Shown piece by piece: positions 21,568 through 34,016 of a stretch of DNA of 64,000 nucleotides. The notes beneath the pieces are model-generated. The model was not told the origin of the DNA. It saw nothing but the letters and a program-made list of their open reading frames with translations, and searched no databases. Every line of letters begins with the position of its first letter. Position 1 is the first letter of the stretch. Made by a program: the position numbers and the translations under genes. Origin of the DNA: an uncultured Phycisphaerales bacterium (GTDB lineage Bacteria; Planctomycetota; Phycisphaerae; Tepidisphaerales; Tepidisphaeraceae); assembly GCA_963844715.1 (NCBI GenBank), contig CAWJPJ010000008.1:512001-576000 (forward strand), given 5' to 3'.

Positions 21568-22476
21568 GTGCCGCAGGGCGTGGCGACGGAATTGCCGGGA
21601 GCGGCGGCGATGTTTTTGGGGGCGGAGTGCCACCGGGCGTCGGAGTCGCAGACGCTGGATTTTCTGCGGTACGCGGCGCAAAGGCACATCAATCTGGGGG
21701 AGACCTGGGTGGGGTTGGAAGAGGGGAAATTGGCGTGGTCGATGCTGCCGCTGCTGTCGCCGGGGAGGACGGCGCTGCTGTTTACGGCGGCGGAGTGGTC
21801 TTGCGAGAGTGCGGCGGCGGGGGAACTTGTGGGGTGCGTTTGCCGGGATTTGGCGGGGCGGGACGTGCAACTGGCGCAGGTGCTGATCGATCCGGCGCAA
21901 TTGCCGGCACGGCGTTTTTTTGCGCTTCAGGGGTTTTCGGAAATCGCGGAGCTGAACTATCTGCATGGGCCGGCGCCGCGGTCGGCACAGGGGGCGGTTT
22001 TGCCGAAGGAAATGCGACTGGAAAATTATTCGCCGCAGATGCATGAATTGTTTGGACGGGCGATTTTGGAAAGCTATAAGGAGAGCCTGGACTGTCCGGC
22101 GCTCACGGGAGTTCGGGATATTGAGGACGTGATCGCCGGGCATAAGGCGACGGGCGAATTCGATGCGACGCTTTGGCATATTTTGATTGAGAATTCGAAG
22201 GCGCTGGGGGTGCTGCTGCTGAGCCGGGTGATTGGGGCGGATTCGCTGGAACTGGTTTATCTCGGGTTGTCTCCCGAGGCGCGCGGGCGCGGGTTGGGAG
22301 ACTTGCTGATGAGGCAGGCGATGTTGCAGGTGAATCAGCAGGGGCGGAGGCGGCTTTCGCTGGCGGTGGATCGGCGGAATAATCCGGCGCTGAAGTTGTA
22401 TTACCGGTTCGGGCTGGCGCGGCTGACGAGCAAATTGGCGATGATTCGGAACCTCTCGGGGTTATCCACAAAATAA
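21568..22476 (+). CDS. Tandem GNAT acetyltransferase (MshD-like)
   Basis: YLGLSPEARGRGLG, LAVDRRNNPALKLYYRFG; start uncertain. Confidence 0.8.
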   Translation: MPQGVATELPGAAAMFLGAECHRASESQTLDFLRYAAQRHINLGETWVGLEEGKLAWSMLPLLSPGRTALLFTAAEWSCESAAAGELVGCVCRDLAGRDVQLAQVLIDPAQLPARRFFALQGFSEIAELNYLHGPAPRSAQGAVLPKEMRLENYSPQMHELFGRAILESYKESLDCPALTGVRDIEDVIAGHKATGEFDATLWHILIENSKALGVLLLSRVIGADSLELVYLGLSPEARGRGLGDLLMRQAMLQVNQQGRRRLSLAVDRRNNPALKLYYRFGLARLTSKLAMIRNLSGLSTK

Positions 22477-22584
22477 TTAACAATCTGCCCACAGGTCCGA
22501 TAATTTTGTGGATGAAAGGGTGAAAAAACTTTTTTTCAGCCTTTTTGGGGCCGATTCTATGGGCGGATTTGTCGTTGTGGACGG
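22462..22584. promoter_or_regulatory. DnaA-box cluster upstream of dnaA
   Basis: TTATCCACA at 22462 (perfect); CTGCCCACA at 22485; TGTGGATGA at 22507; TGTGGACGG at 22576; AT-rich spacers. Confidence 0.7.
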
Positions 22585-22909
22585 AAAATCCGGCAAGTAA
22601 GTCCTTTACAGCAAAGTCTTCCCAGCTTATTTTTCTGATTGTCTTCAGGGATGGTTAAGACAGCGCTTTGAAGGTCACGGGAGTGTGGCGATTTGAGGCG
22701 CGAGGCGGGAATGGCCAGAAGCGGTTTCCCGCAAGACACGTCAGGGAACACATCAGGGACGAATTGTAATCGGGCATGAAGCCTGTTCTTCGCAACGGGG
22801 AAGGATCCCATTGTCATAGGCAAGAGGCGGCTGTGGAGCCGTCCCGGTGCCGTCGCGGCGCGATGATGCGTCGTGACACGGATGGGAATTCGCACGGAAG
22901 GAGCAGGCT

Positions 22910-24475
22910 GTGAGCTGCATTAGCGCGCACGATCCGCAATTGACTCGTTTAGCCAATGCGATCGCACAGCGGGTGGGGCCGCAGCGATTTCACGTCTGGT
23001 TCAATAATTCCACGCGACTGGATTTGAAGCAGGACGGGCTGGAGATCGCCGTCCCGAATGATTTCATCAGCGAATGGATCGGGACGCATTTCGGCGGTCC
23101 GATTCAAGAGGCGGCGCAGGAAGTTCTGGGATGTTCGCTGGCGGTGCGGTTCAACGTCATGCCGCAATTGTTCGAGACAGACACGACGGACGGGGGGGAA
23201 AATAAGAATGGGAATGGGAAGGGTGAGGAGGCCGTGGCGCCGATGGCGGTGGTGAAGGCGCGGCGCGGTGAGACGGTGGCGGCAGCAGCGGTGGCGGAAA
23301 GCACGGTACGCGTGACGACGGCGAATTTGTGGGGATCGAAAATTTCGGGCGGGGGGACGGCGGTAGCGCCGGCGCGGAAGACTTCGACTCTTGACGCGGA
23401 CGCGGCGCTGAGCCGGCTTCGGTTGCGTCACGACATCGAAACGTTCATCATCGGGCAAAGCAATCAACTGGCGCACAGCACGGCGCTTTACGTCTCTGAA
23501 TATCCGGGGGCGCAATACAATCCGCTGTTCCTGCACGGGGGATGCGGGCTGGGGAAGACGCATCTTTTGCAGGGATTATGCAAGCGATTCATCCAGAATC
23601 ACCCGGCGAAGCGATGGATGTATCTGACCGGCGAGGAATTCACGAACGAATTTTTGAATGCGCTGCGGACGAACAAAATCGAGGCGTTCCGGCGGCGGAT
23701 GCGCGAGCTGGATCTGCTGGTGATCGACGACGTGCATTTCCTGGGGGGCAAGAAGGCGACGCAGGAGGAATTCCTGCACACGTTCAACGCCATCGAGGCG
23801 ATGGGCCGGCAAGTGGTGATGGTCAGCGATAATCATCCCAAGCTGATCGAGGAGTTCGGGGAGTCGCTGATCAACCGGTTTATCAGCGGGATGGTGGTTC
23901 GGATCGATCCGCCGAATTTCGCGACGCGGTGCGAGATTTTGCGGAGTTTGGCGCATCGGGCGGGGATCGGGATGCCGGAGGAAGTGGTGGGATGGATCGC
24001 GCGGCGGGTGACGCAGAATGTGAGGGAGTTGGAAGGGGCGGCGATGCGCATAGCGGCGCATGCGACGGTTCAGCAGCGCGACGCGGATGTGGCGATGGCG
24101 CAGGCGGCGTTGGGGGACCTGGACAAGCATCTGGTGGCGCCGGTGAGGCCGGAGGGCGTGCTGGACATTGTCTGCGAATATTTCAGCCTGGATTCGAAGG
24201 ATTTGATGTCGGGGCGGCGACAGCGGACGATCAGCCTGGCGCGCAGCGTGGCGATGTATCTGGTGCGGAAATTGTCGAAATTAAGTTTCCCGGAGATTGG
24301 GATGAAGATGGGTAAGAGGAATCACAGCACGGTGATTTCGGCTTGCCGGCGGATCGAGCGGGCGCTGGCGCGGAACGAGCCTTTGATCTGGAACAATCAT
24401 CTTGGGGAGCGGCATGAAGAGGCGTGTGAGCTGATTCAGCGGCTGGAGGAGCAGAGCCGGGCGCGGGGTAGATGA
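22910..24475 (+). CDS. dnaA: Chromosomal replication initiator DnaA
   Basis: YNPLFLHGGCGLGKTHL, LLVIDDVHF, TQEEFLHTFN, NVRELEGA, AMYL...SFPEIG...NHSTV; RBS aaggag plus GTG. Confidence 0.96.
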   Translation: MSCISAHDPQLTRLANAIAQRVGPQRFHVWFNNSTRLDLKQDGLEIAVPNDFISEWIGTHFGGPIQEAAQEVLGCSLAVRFNVMPQLFETDTTDGGENKNGNGKGEEAVAPMAVVKARRGETVAAAAVAESTVRVTTANLWGSKISGGGTAVAPARKTSTLDADAALSRLRLRHDIETFIIGQSNQLAHSTALYVSEYPGAQYNPLFLHGGCGLGKTHLLQGLCKRFIQNHPAKRWMYLTGEEFTNEFLNALRTNKIEAFRRRMRELDLLVIDDVHFLGGKKATQEEFLHTFNAIEAMGRQVVMVSDNHPKLIEEFGESLINRFISGMVVRIDPPNFATRCEILRSLAHRAGIGMPEEVVGWIARRVTQNVRELEGAAMRIAAHATVQQRDADVAMAQAALGDLDKHLVAPVRPEGVLDIVCEYFSLDSKDLMSGRRQRTISLARSVAMYLVRKLSKLSFPEIGMKMGKRNHSTVISACRRIERALARNEPLIWNNHLGERHEEACELIQRLEEQSRARGR

Positions 24476-25004
24476 TTCGTCTCTCAGATACGCATCATAC
24501 TTGAGTGTCATGCCCGCCCCTTCGCGTCGTGCCGAAACCAGCGGAAGGGGACAGGGAGTGCTCGCCCGGAATAACGGCGGCGGGGGTGAAACGGCGCGCG
24601 GAGATCGTGGGTCCGGCGGTTTCGAAGTCGAAAATAGATTCTTCGAAAATTGAAAATCAGAAATCAGCCGGCGTTCGGGCCGAGAGGGTCCGATAAGCGC
24701 CGCGGCGCCCATAATTCAGTGCGCGCTGAGTCCAGTCGCGCGGGGGTTTTGGGGGAGGCAGTTTTTCGAGGGCAAGATTGGGCAAAAGCGGGGCAAGGTC
24801 CGAGAAAATCCGGGCGGGAATCAACTGAATCTAACCCAGCGATCCATCCGAGACGATCTTACAGATGTCGTGAACGCTACAGGCGTTGCAGATTAACGGA
24901 TCTGGCAGCGGCCCAAATGTGCGTCACCTCACCGGAGCCCGCGGCGGCGCGAACGTTCCGCGGAGATCAGGACGTGCGGAAGTTCGGCGGCACGAGGATC
25001 GAAC

Positions 25005-27253
25005 ATGCCAAGAGATAGTTGGAAGGCAATCGCGATGGTGTGCGTTCTGTCGGCCGCGTCGGCGGCGATGGGGAGTACGGCCACCACGCAGCCGACGACC
25101 ACCAGCAGCACGACCACGACATCGGTGTTTTCCAGCGACGCGACGACGCTGTCGTCGTCATCGTCGGGCGGGAATGAATTCGGGGGCATGTCGATCGAAG
25201 AGTTGCTGAACGTGGTGGTGGCCTCGCCCGCCGGTTTGACGCCGACGGACGAGCGGGCGCTCCCGGTGGATGTGACAGAGCTGGACGCGAAGGACATCGA
25301 GCAATCGGGGGCGCGGAACCTCGACGAGGTGATGAACATTTTTGTTCCGAACGCGGAGATCATGTCCCACAATTCTCCGCCGGACGCGCTGGGGATTCGC
25401 GGGATCATCAGCGACCGCGAGGATAAATACCTTTATCAAGTGAACGGCGTGACGATGAACAACCGGATGCTGTTCGGGGCGGCGGACGAGCGCGATCTGC
25501 CGATGATGGGGGACATCAACACGTTGGACGTGGTGCGTGGCCCGGCGTCGGCGACGTATGGGTCGGGGGCGCTGGCGGGCGTTGTGGATGTCAATACGTA
25601 TACCGGCCTGACGTTTACCGGGGCGGATTTGACGGTGAAGCAGGGAATTGGGGATCAGTTCACGTCTGGGGAAATTCGGTTTGGGCGCCAATTCAGCGAG
25701 ACGTCGGGATTGTTCGTGTATTACGGAGCGGCCGAGGTGCAGGGGCAGGATTCGCCATATTTCTTTGGGCAATCGGAGCCGGCGGTGAATGGGCTGCCGG
25801 CGAACATCGCGGGGCAGCAGTTTACCGGGGGGCCGATCTCGAACGTGGGCGAGGCGGCGTTTGATCTGCCGTACCAGAAGGCGCATGTGAGTTATGTGAA
25901 CGGGCCGTGGGAGATCTGGGTTCGTTATGTTCAGGACGGCACAGATACTCGGCCGGCGCGAATATTTTCACGGGGACGAAGCCGGCGACGGAAAGCCTGG
26001 CGGACTGGCTGGCGGGGCGCGAGACGCTCAATCAGGTTTATACGAACGCGATCAGTTTCAAGAAGGATGTGTCAGATCAGTGGAATATAAGCGCTCTAAC
26101 GAGTTATGACGTTTGGGTGAATAAGGACCAGCGGGCGGGAGTCTCAACCAACCAGCCGACGCGGGTGTCGAACGAAAACCAGTTGTTCGGGCAGTTAATT
26201 GCGAATTGGAAGCCGGTGGCGAGCCAGTCGGTGGCTTTTGGGACGGAATTTTCGCAGCTTTGGTATCACGATCCGCCGCAGTCGGACGCGTTGGATTTGA
26301 CGCCGGTGGTTCCGACGCGGGATTGGCAGACACAAACGTATTCGTTCTTCGGGGAAGACCAGTGGAAGTTCGCCAAGGGATGGACGTCGTTTCTGGACGT
26401 GCGGGCGGACAAGAATACGTATCAGTACTGGCTAGTTTCGCCGCGCGGCACGATCGTTTATGAGCCGAACAAGAAGGATACATGGAAGGTGATGGGAGGA
26501 CAGTCGGTGCGGTGCGCGGACGACGAAGATATCTGGGGCCAGTGGTATCGAACGCGAACTTATCCGGACCCCGAGAAACTGCTGACGGCGGAATTGTCCT
26601 ACGACCACAAATTCACGGATCAGTTGGACCTTGCGGTGGACGAATTTTACGAGGACTATCACGCGGTGGGGTGGAACCCGAGCGCGACGGAAGAAACGTC
26701 GCTGGGACACTTCCAGATCGCGGGCGGCGAAATCGTGCTGACGTGGAAGGCGGATTCGACGCGGATCATGGCGTCGGAAGGGATTTCAACGCTGGTTTAC
26801 GGGTCGGTGCCCGGCGGTTCGCCGGCGGCATCGCAGGGAATCAGCTCGGCGCCATATGGTTTTGGGGACGAACTGGCCGCGTGGGCGCCGTCGGTGACGA
26901 AGCTATCGGTGATGCACGACCTGGATAGGCACTGGACGGTGAGTTCGTCCCTCGTTTACTACTCGGGGTTCCCGGTGCGGCAGGATTACTCGAATTATGC
27001 GGCGAGTCTGGTGAATCCGCCGGCAGGCGTGCCGCTGAGCGATCCGGGGTATACGACTCCTTACGGGCCCGACGTTTTCTGGAATGTGGGGTTGGAGTTC
27101 CGGCCGAACGATCAGTGGACGTTCCGGATCGACGGGTACGATCTGGCTTACTTGTTCGATCGCAATGTTTCGAAGATCAACGAAATTCTTCGCGAGTCGG
27201 AATACAGCACGTTGCCGGCCTCGCTGGGGGTTTCGGTTCGGTATAAGTTTTAG
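25005..27253 (+). CDS. TonB-dependent outer-membrane receptor (frameshift near 25950)
   Basis: Signal peptide; MSIEELLNV, plug motif DVVRGPASATYGSGALAGVV; C-terminal SVRYKF. Confidence 0.85.
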
Positions 27254-27356
27254 GTCTTTCTCATTTTCCGTCGCTTAGGGGCCTTTTGGGGAACGGAAAA
27301 CGCCGTGGGTGCTAAGCAAGCCACGACTATGATAAAATAGTCTTGGACGGTGCGCC

Positions 27357-27651
27357 ATGTTATTGACCCGGGAAATATTGCAGGAAAAACGGGAGGCGAT
27401 TCTGGAGATTGCGCGGCGGTATGGCGGCGCATGATGTTCGCATATTCGGATCCGTCGCGAGGGGGGACGCGACGGAGGAATCGGATTTGGACTTGATCGT
27501 GCGTTTCGATGAGGGTCGAACGCTCCTGGATCATGGCGGGCTATTGATGGACCTGCGGGAATTCCTTGGGATGAAGGTGGATGTCATTGACGAGGGCGCG
27601 CCAACCGGGCGATTTGGGCAAATCGCGCGTAGCGAGGCGGCGCCGTTATGA
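27357..27651 (+). CDS. Minimal nucleotidyltransferase (MNT antitoxin; frameshift near 27425)
   Basis: KREAILEIARRYG..VRIFGSVARGDATEESDLDL...KVDV. Confidence 0.85.
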
Positions 27652-27713
27652 AATCTGTGCGGGGCGACCAAACCCCGGCTGTTGTATATGTATGACGCCC
27701 GGCAACTTTTAGA

Positions 27714-28651
27714 TCAGTGTTGCGTCGGGGGTTCGGGGAGTTTGAGGACCATGCCGATTTTGAGGCGGTCTTCGTCCTGGCCGATGGTGGATTGATTGGC
27801 GTCGTAGAGTTTGTCGGCCATGGTGGGATCGTCGTAGAGCTTGCGGGCGATTTTTTCGAGGGAGTCGCCGCTGACGACTACGTATTGAGTTGTGGAGTCG
27901 ATCCTTGGCGTGGCGGCGGCGGATTGGGATGAGCCGGTGGGTTGGCCCAGGGGGGGGATGCTTAGGATGCGCCGACTTTCAGGTGCTTGGGATCCAGGTT
28001 GGAGTTGGCGGCGATGATTTTGGTGTAGTACTTGCCGTTGCCATAGACGGCCTGGGCGATGGTCCAGAGACTTTCGCCCTCGGCGATCACGTGAGTGCGC
28101 GGAGAGGCGGCTGTCGGGGCGGGAGTCGCAGTCGCAGTCGAAGTCGATTGAGAATCAATTGTCGGGGGCGCGGCGGGGACGTTAACCGTTGGAGCCGGGG
28201 TCTCGGCGGGGGCTGAAAGGGCGGGGGGCAGAGACGGCTGAGTGGCTGGCAGGCTGTCGATTAGCTCGGGGTGAACATTCGGGCTTACGCGATCGATGGT
28301 GGGCGTGACCGTGCGCTCGGGGGCGTCAGCGGGTACCTTGCTGCCGTTAGAGAGGGCATTGCCCCAGTCAAATTTCTGATCCGCCGAGGCGGTGGGCTGA
28401 GTGGCGGGGGCGGGGTTGGTGTCGGTGACGGAAGTGGACTGATTGTTATCCGTCGCGGTTGGATTGGGGTTGGCTTGATCGTCGCCGGGGTTGGGGGCGC
28501 TGGAGGAATCGCCGGGCGCGGTGGGCGCGCCTACATTGGCTTCCTCGGATTTGATGGCTTGTCCGCTGCGCGAGAGAACGAGCGCGTAGACGATGAGAGT
28601 AACAACGAGAATCGCACCAACTGTTAATCCGAACTTCACATCCTTGCGCAT
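27714..28651 (-). CDS. Membrane-anchored protein with two LysM domains (frameshift near 27960)
   Basis: HVIAEGESLWTIAQAVYG...ANSNL; second frame YVVVSGDSLEKIARKLY...LKIGMVLKLP. Confidence 0.85.
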
Positions 28652-28698
28652 GATTGGGACTCCTTTCCCGACGGCCCTGAATTGTCACCGGCCTGTCA

Positions 28699-31600
28699 TC
28701 AGCCGGCGGTCCGCTGCAGTTGCCCGGCGCCGTATCTTGCGGCGTAGGGCGAAGTCTTCTCGCGGTGCCAAAGTAACATCGGCGCGGCAATCGCGACCGA
28801 CGAGTACGTTCCCACCAATATGCCAACGAGGAGGACGAAAGTAAAGCCGTGGATGCCGGCGCCGCCCATGAAATACATAAAGGAGACGGTTGCGATGGTG
28901 GTTCCGGCGGTGAGGATGGTTCGCGAGAGGGTCTGGTTGATGGCGTCGTTGATGACCTGGCGGTTGAGGTGGCCGTACTTGCCGCGGTTTTCGCGGATGC
29001 GGTCGAAGACGACGATGGTGTCGATCATGGAATAGCCCATGATGGTGAGGATGCCGGCGACGACGGTCAGATTGATGCGGAAGGGCTCAATCTGAAGGAA
29101 GTTGTGGTGCCAGGCGGCGGCTATGTAGTGGGCGAAGCCGAGGGCGGCGAGGGTGAAGATGGTGTCGTGGATGAGGGCCACGACGGTGGCGGTGCCGTAG
29201 GTGAAGTTGCCGAAGCGGATCCAGATGTAAACCATGATGGCGGCGATGGAGAAGGCGAGCGCCAGAAGGCGTCGCGCTGCATTTCACCGGCAACTTCGGG
29301 ATCGAAGTTGGTTTCCTGCTCAAAGGAGGGGGGGCTGCTGATGGCCTGGCGGGCCAGCTGCCAGACGGGGCTGGCGAGTTCCTCGCTCCATTTTTGCTGA
29401 TCGGCGGTGAAAGAGACGGAGGGATTCCAGGCGATGACCACGGCGAAATCGGTGGGCTTATCCTCGGGCGTGGGGGCCTGGACTTCGTAGTTGACTTCTT
29501 CGGCGCTGCCTTCGCCGCCGGCGGAACTGAGGCGGGTGTGATCGAGGCGGGCGTGAATCTGGTCGGGCGACAAGGGGGGCGAAAGATGGTCCAGGACCAG
29601 GGCGACGCCTCCGACGTGATCCGCCGCGGCGGGCGGGATGAAGCCGTTGACGGAGAATGCGTTGTCGAGAATGGGCAGGACGGTTTTTCCGCGCGCGGCA
29701 AGGAGATCGGACTGGGAATCGTCAAACTGCGAGGCGAGTTGAAGCTTCAAGTCGCTTCCCATGGCCTGGAGGACGGCGGACTTGACGGCGGTGCGGTCGA
29801 TGTTGGGGGTGACGACCTGGTAATGCAATTGATCGGTGCCGACTGCGACGACGCTGGGGCTGGGCAGTTCCTTGGGATGTTCGTCGCTGGCCTGATCGAT
29901 GAGCTTGCGGACGTCGTCCTGAGCCATTGGGTGGGTCAACTCAAACTGCACGCTGGTGCCGCTGGCGAACTCGATGTCCATCATCTGGCCCTGGCGCACT
30001 TTCACGACGAAGAGGATCATCCCCGTGGTGATCATGATGATGCTGAAGGTGTAGAAGATCCAGGCTTTTCCCATCCAGTCCCAATTGGGTTTGAGGAGTT
30101 TGTCCCATTTGGGGAAGGAGAGGGGGAGACTGCCAAGGTGGGTGACGCCGAAGCGGTCGATGAGGAGGGCGAAGACTGTCTTGGTGACGTAGAGGGCGGT
30201 GAACAAGCTGGCGAGGATGCCGATGATGAGGGTGAGACCGAAGCCTTTCACTTCCTCGGAGCCGAACATGTAGAGGCAGACGGAAGTGATGATGCTGGTC
30301 ATGTTGGAGTCGATGATGGCGCTGTGCGCGGTGTTGTAGCTGTTTCGCAGGGCCATTTTGAGCGGGAGTCCGCGATGTTGCTCTTCGCGGAGACGCTCGA
30401 AGATCAGGACGTTTGCGTCGACGGCGGTGCCGACGGTGAGGACGATGCCGGCGATGCTGGGGAGGGTGAAGGTGGCGCTGAGGGCCGCCATGACGGCCAG
30501 AATGAGCATGATATTGAGGCAGACGGCGATGAAGGCGACGAATCCCGCGACGTAGTAGTAGCAGATGAGGAAGACGGCGACGACGACGAGGCCGAAGCCG
30601 CAGGCGATCAAGCCGCGATTGAGATTGTCGGCGCCGATGGTGGGACCGACCTCGGTTTTGCTGATGGGCTCGCTGGAAAGTTGGGCGGGGAGGGAGCCGG
30701 CGTTGAGGGTGTTGATGAGATAATCGGCATCGGCGCCGGCGAAGCCGCCGTTGCCGCCGGTGATGATTCCGCTGCCGCCGGTGATGGGATTGAGGATTCT
30801 GGGCGCGCTGATGATTTTGTTATCGAGGACGATGGCAAGATCGGCGTAGGCGTCCTGGAATTGCCCGCCTCGGCTGCGCGTGTAATTGAACCAGTGAGTG
30901 GTGAGATCGCCGAAGAGTTTTTCGCCAGCGGGGTCAAATTTAAACCCGATGGCGTTGCCGCCGTTTTCGTCGCGAGAGGGGTAAGCGGATTCGAGGCCCC
31001 AGGGGAGGGCGCTGGCCTTGGTCATGGAGGCTTCCTGGGTGACCAGGACCGGCATGTAATGTTTGCCGTTCCATTCGTGGGTTTCGGGGGGCGTGCCGGG
31101 GCGATCGAATTCGGAGACTTTATCGACATCCATCCAACGGATGGTGTCGCCGGGTTCGGGGAGGGGGCCTTTTCCGCCGGGACGCAGGCGGGCGTCCATG
31201 GCGGCGAGGTCGGCGGTGGATGTCGTGGCGGGGGTGGCCAGGATGTGGAACTCGAGGACGCCGGAACCTTGGAGGAGATGCTCGAGGGCGACGGAATCGG
31301 TGACGGCCATGCGGACGGCGTCATAATCCTTGAACTTCGCCTCCATCTGGTCCATGGCGGCGATGCGTGCGGGGTACTGCTCCCACAATCGGTGGAGATC
31401 GTCGAGCTTTCCCTGTCCGGCGAGACGCGTCGCGTCGTCGGGGGAATTGGCCTCCTCGAGGATCGATTCATAATCCATCGAAGTCAGGTTCGTGGGATAG
31501 ATCTGGGCGACCAGGGATGAATAGTTGTCCTCCAGCGGGCCAAGCTTGGCGGCGAGGGAGGGGAGGGAGAGTTTGTCGGGGTTCTGCTTGAAATGCTGGA

Positions 31601-32129
31601 TTTGATCGTAGGTGTCGGTGAGCTGCGCGAAGAGCGTTGTGCGGGTCGGGCAGCCCATGGCGAGGGCGGCGAGTTTGGCTTTGCGTGCGTCGCCGGTGAG
31701 ATGCTCGACGGCGGCGGTGACGTCCTCGGTTTTGATGTTGGTGGCGTCCAGAGCCTGGGAGGCGGCGTCAAAGGTTTTTTTGATTTCCCCGGCCTCGGCG
31801 GCTTCCGGGCTCAGGGGCATTTGGATTTCGAGGCGATTGCTCCCCTCGGGGCGCCAGACGAGGTTGCGGACGCCGTTGGGATCGACGCGGCGTTTAAGGG
31901 CCTGCATGACCTGGGTGGAGAGGTCGTCGGTCTTGGAGCCGGGGGCGGCCTGGATTTCATAAATCAGGCTGGCGCCGCCGACCATGTCAATGCCGGGCTT
32001 GAGGGAGGTTTTCTGAATGAAGGTCAGATGCGGATCGGTGAGGCGGCTGGGATGCGGGAAAATCAGCATCAGGCAAAGGACTACGATGATCCCGATGAAG
32101 GTGAATCTGGAGCGAAGGTTGGTGGGCAT
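28699..32129 (-). CDS. secDF: Fused SecD/SecF translocase subunit (frameshift near 29255)
   Basis: GIDMVGG, LNAGSLPA, AVDANVLIFER, GYSMIDTIVVFDRIREN. Confidence 0.95.
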
Positions 32130-32150
32130 GAGGACGTCCTTACCGGGATG

Positions 32151-32516
32151 TTATTTCGCGGAACTGCTGTTTTCCTCGTCGGTGACGACCCGCTTGATGG
32201 CGTCACGGGAGAATTTGACCTTGGTGTTGGTGCCTTCGTCGACCTTGAGCACTACGTCGAGGTCGCGCACATCGACAACGGTGGCATAGATTCCGCCGGC
32301 AGTCAGTACGCGGTCGCCGCGTTTGAGGTTCTTGAGCATGTCGTCGCGGGCGCGTTGCTCGGTTTTTTTGGATTTGGAGGAGGAGAAGAGGAAAAAGAGC
32401 ATGACGACGATAAGGAGAGGGAGAAGCCAGCGTTGGGGGTCGTATTGCCAGGGGACGGGCTGAGTTCCGGTGGCGGGCTGAGAGGCGGCCTGGGCTAAAA
32501 GGAAGACGGTATTCAA
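32151..32516 (-). CDS. yajC: Preprotein translocase subunit YajC
   Basis: [17 protein letters not shown]...FSRDAI; lies between tgt and secDF. Confidence 0.92.
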   Translation of the reverse strand: MNTVFLLAQAASQPATGTQPVPWQYDPQRWLLPLLIVVMLFFLFSSSKSKKTEQRARDDMLKNLKRGDRVLTAGGIYATVVDVRDLDVVLKVDEGTNTKVKFSRDAIKRVVTDEENSSSAK

Positions 32517-33690
32517 TCGAATCTCCTCGATGTCAGTCGTCCAGCGTGGCGGGATCGGCGGCTCTCCGCCGGTCCGAGGCGGCAACGAGGGTCTTCCCGC
32601 CGCCAGGAGTCGAACTGACCGCTGGCGATGCTTCGGCGGATGTCCGCCATCAGCCGCTGGTAGAATCGAATATTATGCACGGAAACGAGGATCGGGCCAA
32701 GCATCTCGCCGGCATAAAAAAGGTGGCGGATGGCGCCGCGGCTGAAGCGTAGGCAGGCTGGGCAATCGCAACCGGGCTGGATGGGGGCGATATCGCGCTG
32801 AAATTGCGCATTTCTGAGGCGCAGGGGGCCGGAGGGGGTGAAGGCGTAGGCGTTGCGGCCGTTGCGGGTGGGGAGGACGCAGTCAAACATATCGATGCCT
32901 GCGGCGACGGCGGCGACGATGTCGCGCGGGTAGCCGACGCCCATGAGATAGCGGGGACGATCTTCGGGGAGCATGGGGGTGGTTTGGCGGACGATGGAAT
33001 CCATGGCGGCGAAGCCTTCGCCGACGGCGAGGCCGCCGAGGGCGTAGCCGTCAAAGTTCATTTCGACGAGGCGGCGGGCGCACATTTCACGCAGCGGCAT
33101 ATCGACGCCGCCCTGGACGATTCCGAAGAGAGCTTGATCGCTAGCGCGGGCATGCGCGGCCAGGCATTGCTCGGCCCAGCGCAGGGTGCGCTCGACGGCG
33201 GCGCGATGGGCTTCGGCGGGCGCATCGGCGGCCGGGCACTGGTCGAAGGCCATGATGATGTCGGCGCCGAGATGATTCTGGACGGCGATGCTTTTGGCGG
33301 CGTCGAGGAAGATGGTGCTGCCGTCGATGTGGCTTTTGAAGGTGACGCCGGAGTCGTCGATGCGATTGATGTCGGCCAGGGAGAAGACCTGGAACCCGCC
33401 GCTGTCGGTGAGGATGGGACCAGGCCAGCCCATCATGGCGTGAAGATCGCCGAGATCGGCGACGACTTTTTCGCCGGGGCGCAGCATGAGGTGGTAGGTG
33501 TTGGCCAGGAGAATTTGGCGCCGGCGGCGGTGAGGTTTTCGGGGAGCATTCCTTTGACGGAGGCTTGGGTGCCGACGGGCATGAAGGCTGGGGTGTCGAA
33601 GGAGCCGTGGCGAGTGGTGGCGCGGGCGGTGCGCGCGGAGGTGAGGTTGTCCTGGTGCTGGATTTCAAATTGAAGGGGGCGCGGGGTCAT
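32513..33690 (-). CDS. tgt: Queuine tRNA-ribosyltransferase (frameshift near 33515)
   Basis: [46 protein letters not shown]. Confidence 0.95.
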
Positions 33691-33818
33691 CGAATTTTTT
33701 TGGCGGGGAGATTTGCCGGCGAAATTCGAATGATAAATGATAAATGACGAATGGCCTCATTTTGCTGAGTGCTTAGCTTGCCGCCCGAAATTTTTTGAGA
33801 TGCGAAAATCTCCTGGCC

Positions 33819-34016
33819 GCTCGTTTTAAATACAAATGCAATGCGGGAGGGCGGGAAAACCATATGAGGCCCGTCCTGCGGAAACTGCCGGAATCCTCCC
33901 GCACCCTCCCACCCTTTCCTTTTCCCCTCAAGCCGTCCAGCACCCCAAATGCAGGGAATTTGCGGGCCTAATTCGGTTCGATGTTCCGGCTGACGGAGGT
34001 CGGTCCTTCGCGCTTT
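33819..34016 (+). repeat. Dispersed structured element, copy 2
   Basis: Aligns by eye with 57489-57690 over about 200 nt. Confidence 0.8.

Noticed and set aside
22597..22621. dif/Xer-like site gtaagtcctt-tacagc-aaagtcttc
   Set aside because: The right arm is too degenerate, there is a single copy, and no recombinase gene is nearby.
24480..25000. Cobalamin or TPP riboswitch upstream of the TonB receptor
   Set aside because: No B12-box or TPP consensus was recognisable by eye; an Rfam scan would be decisive.
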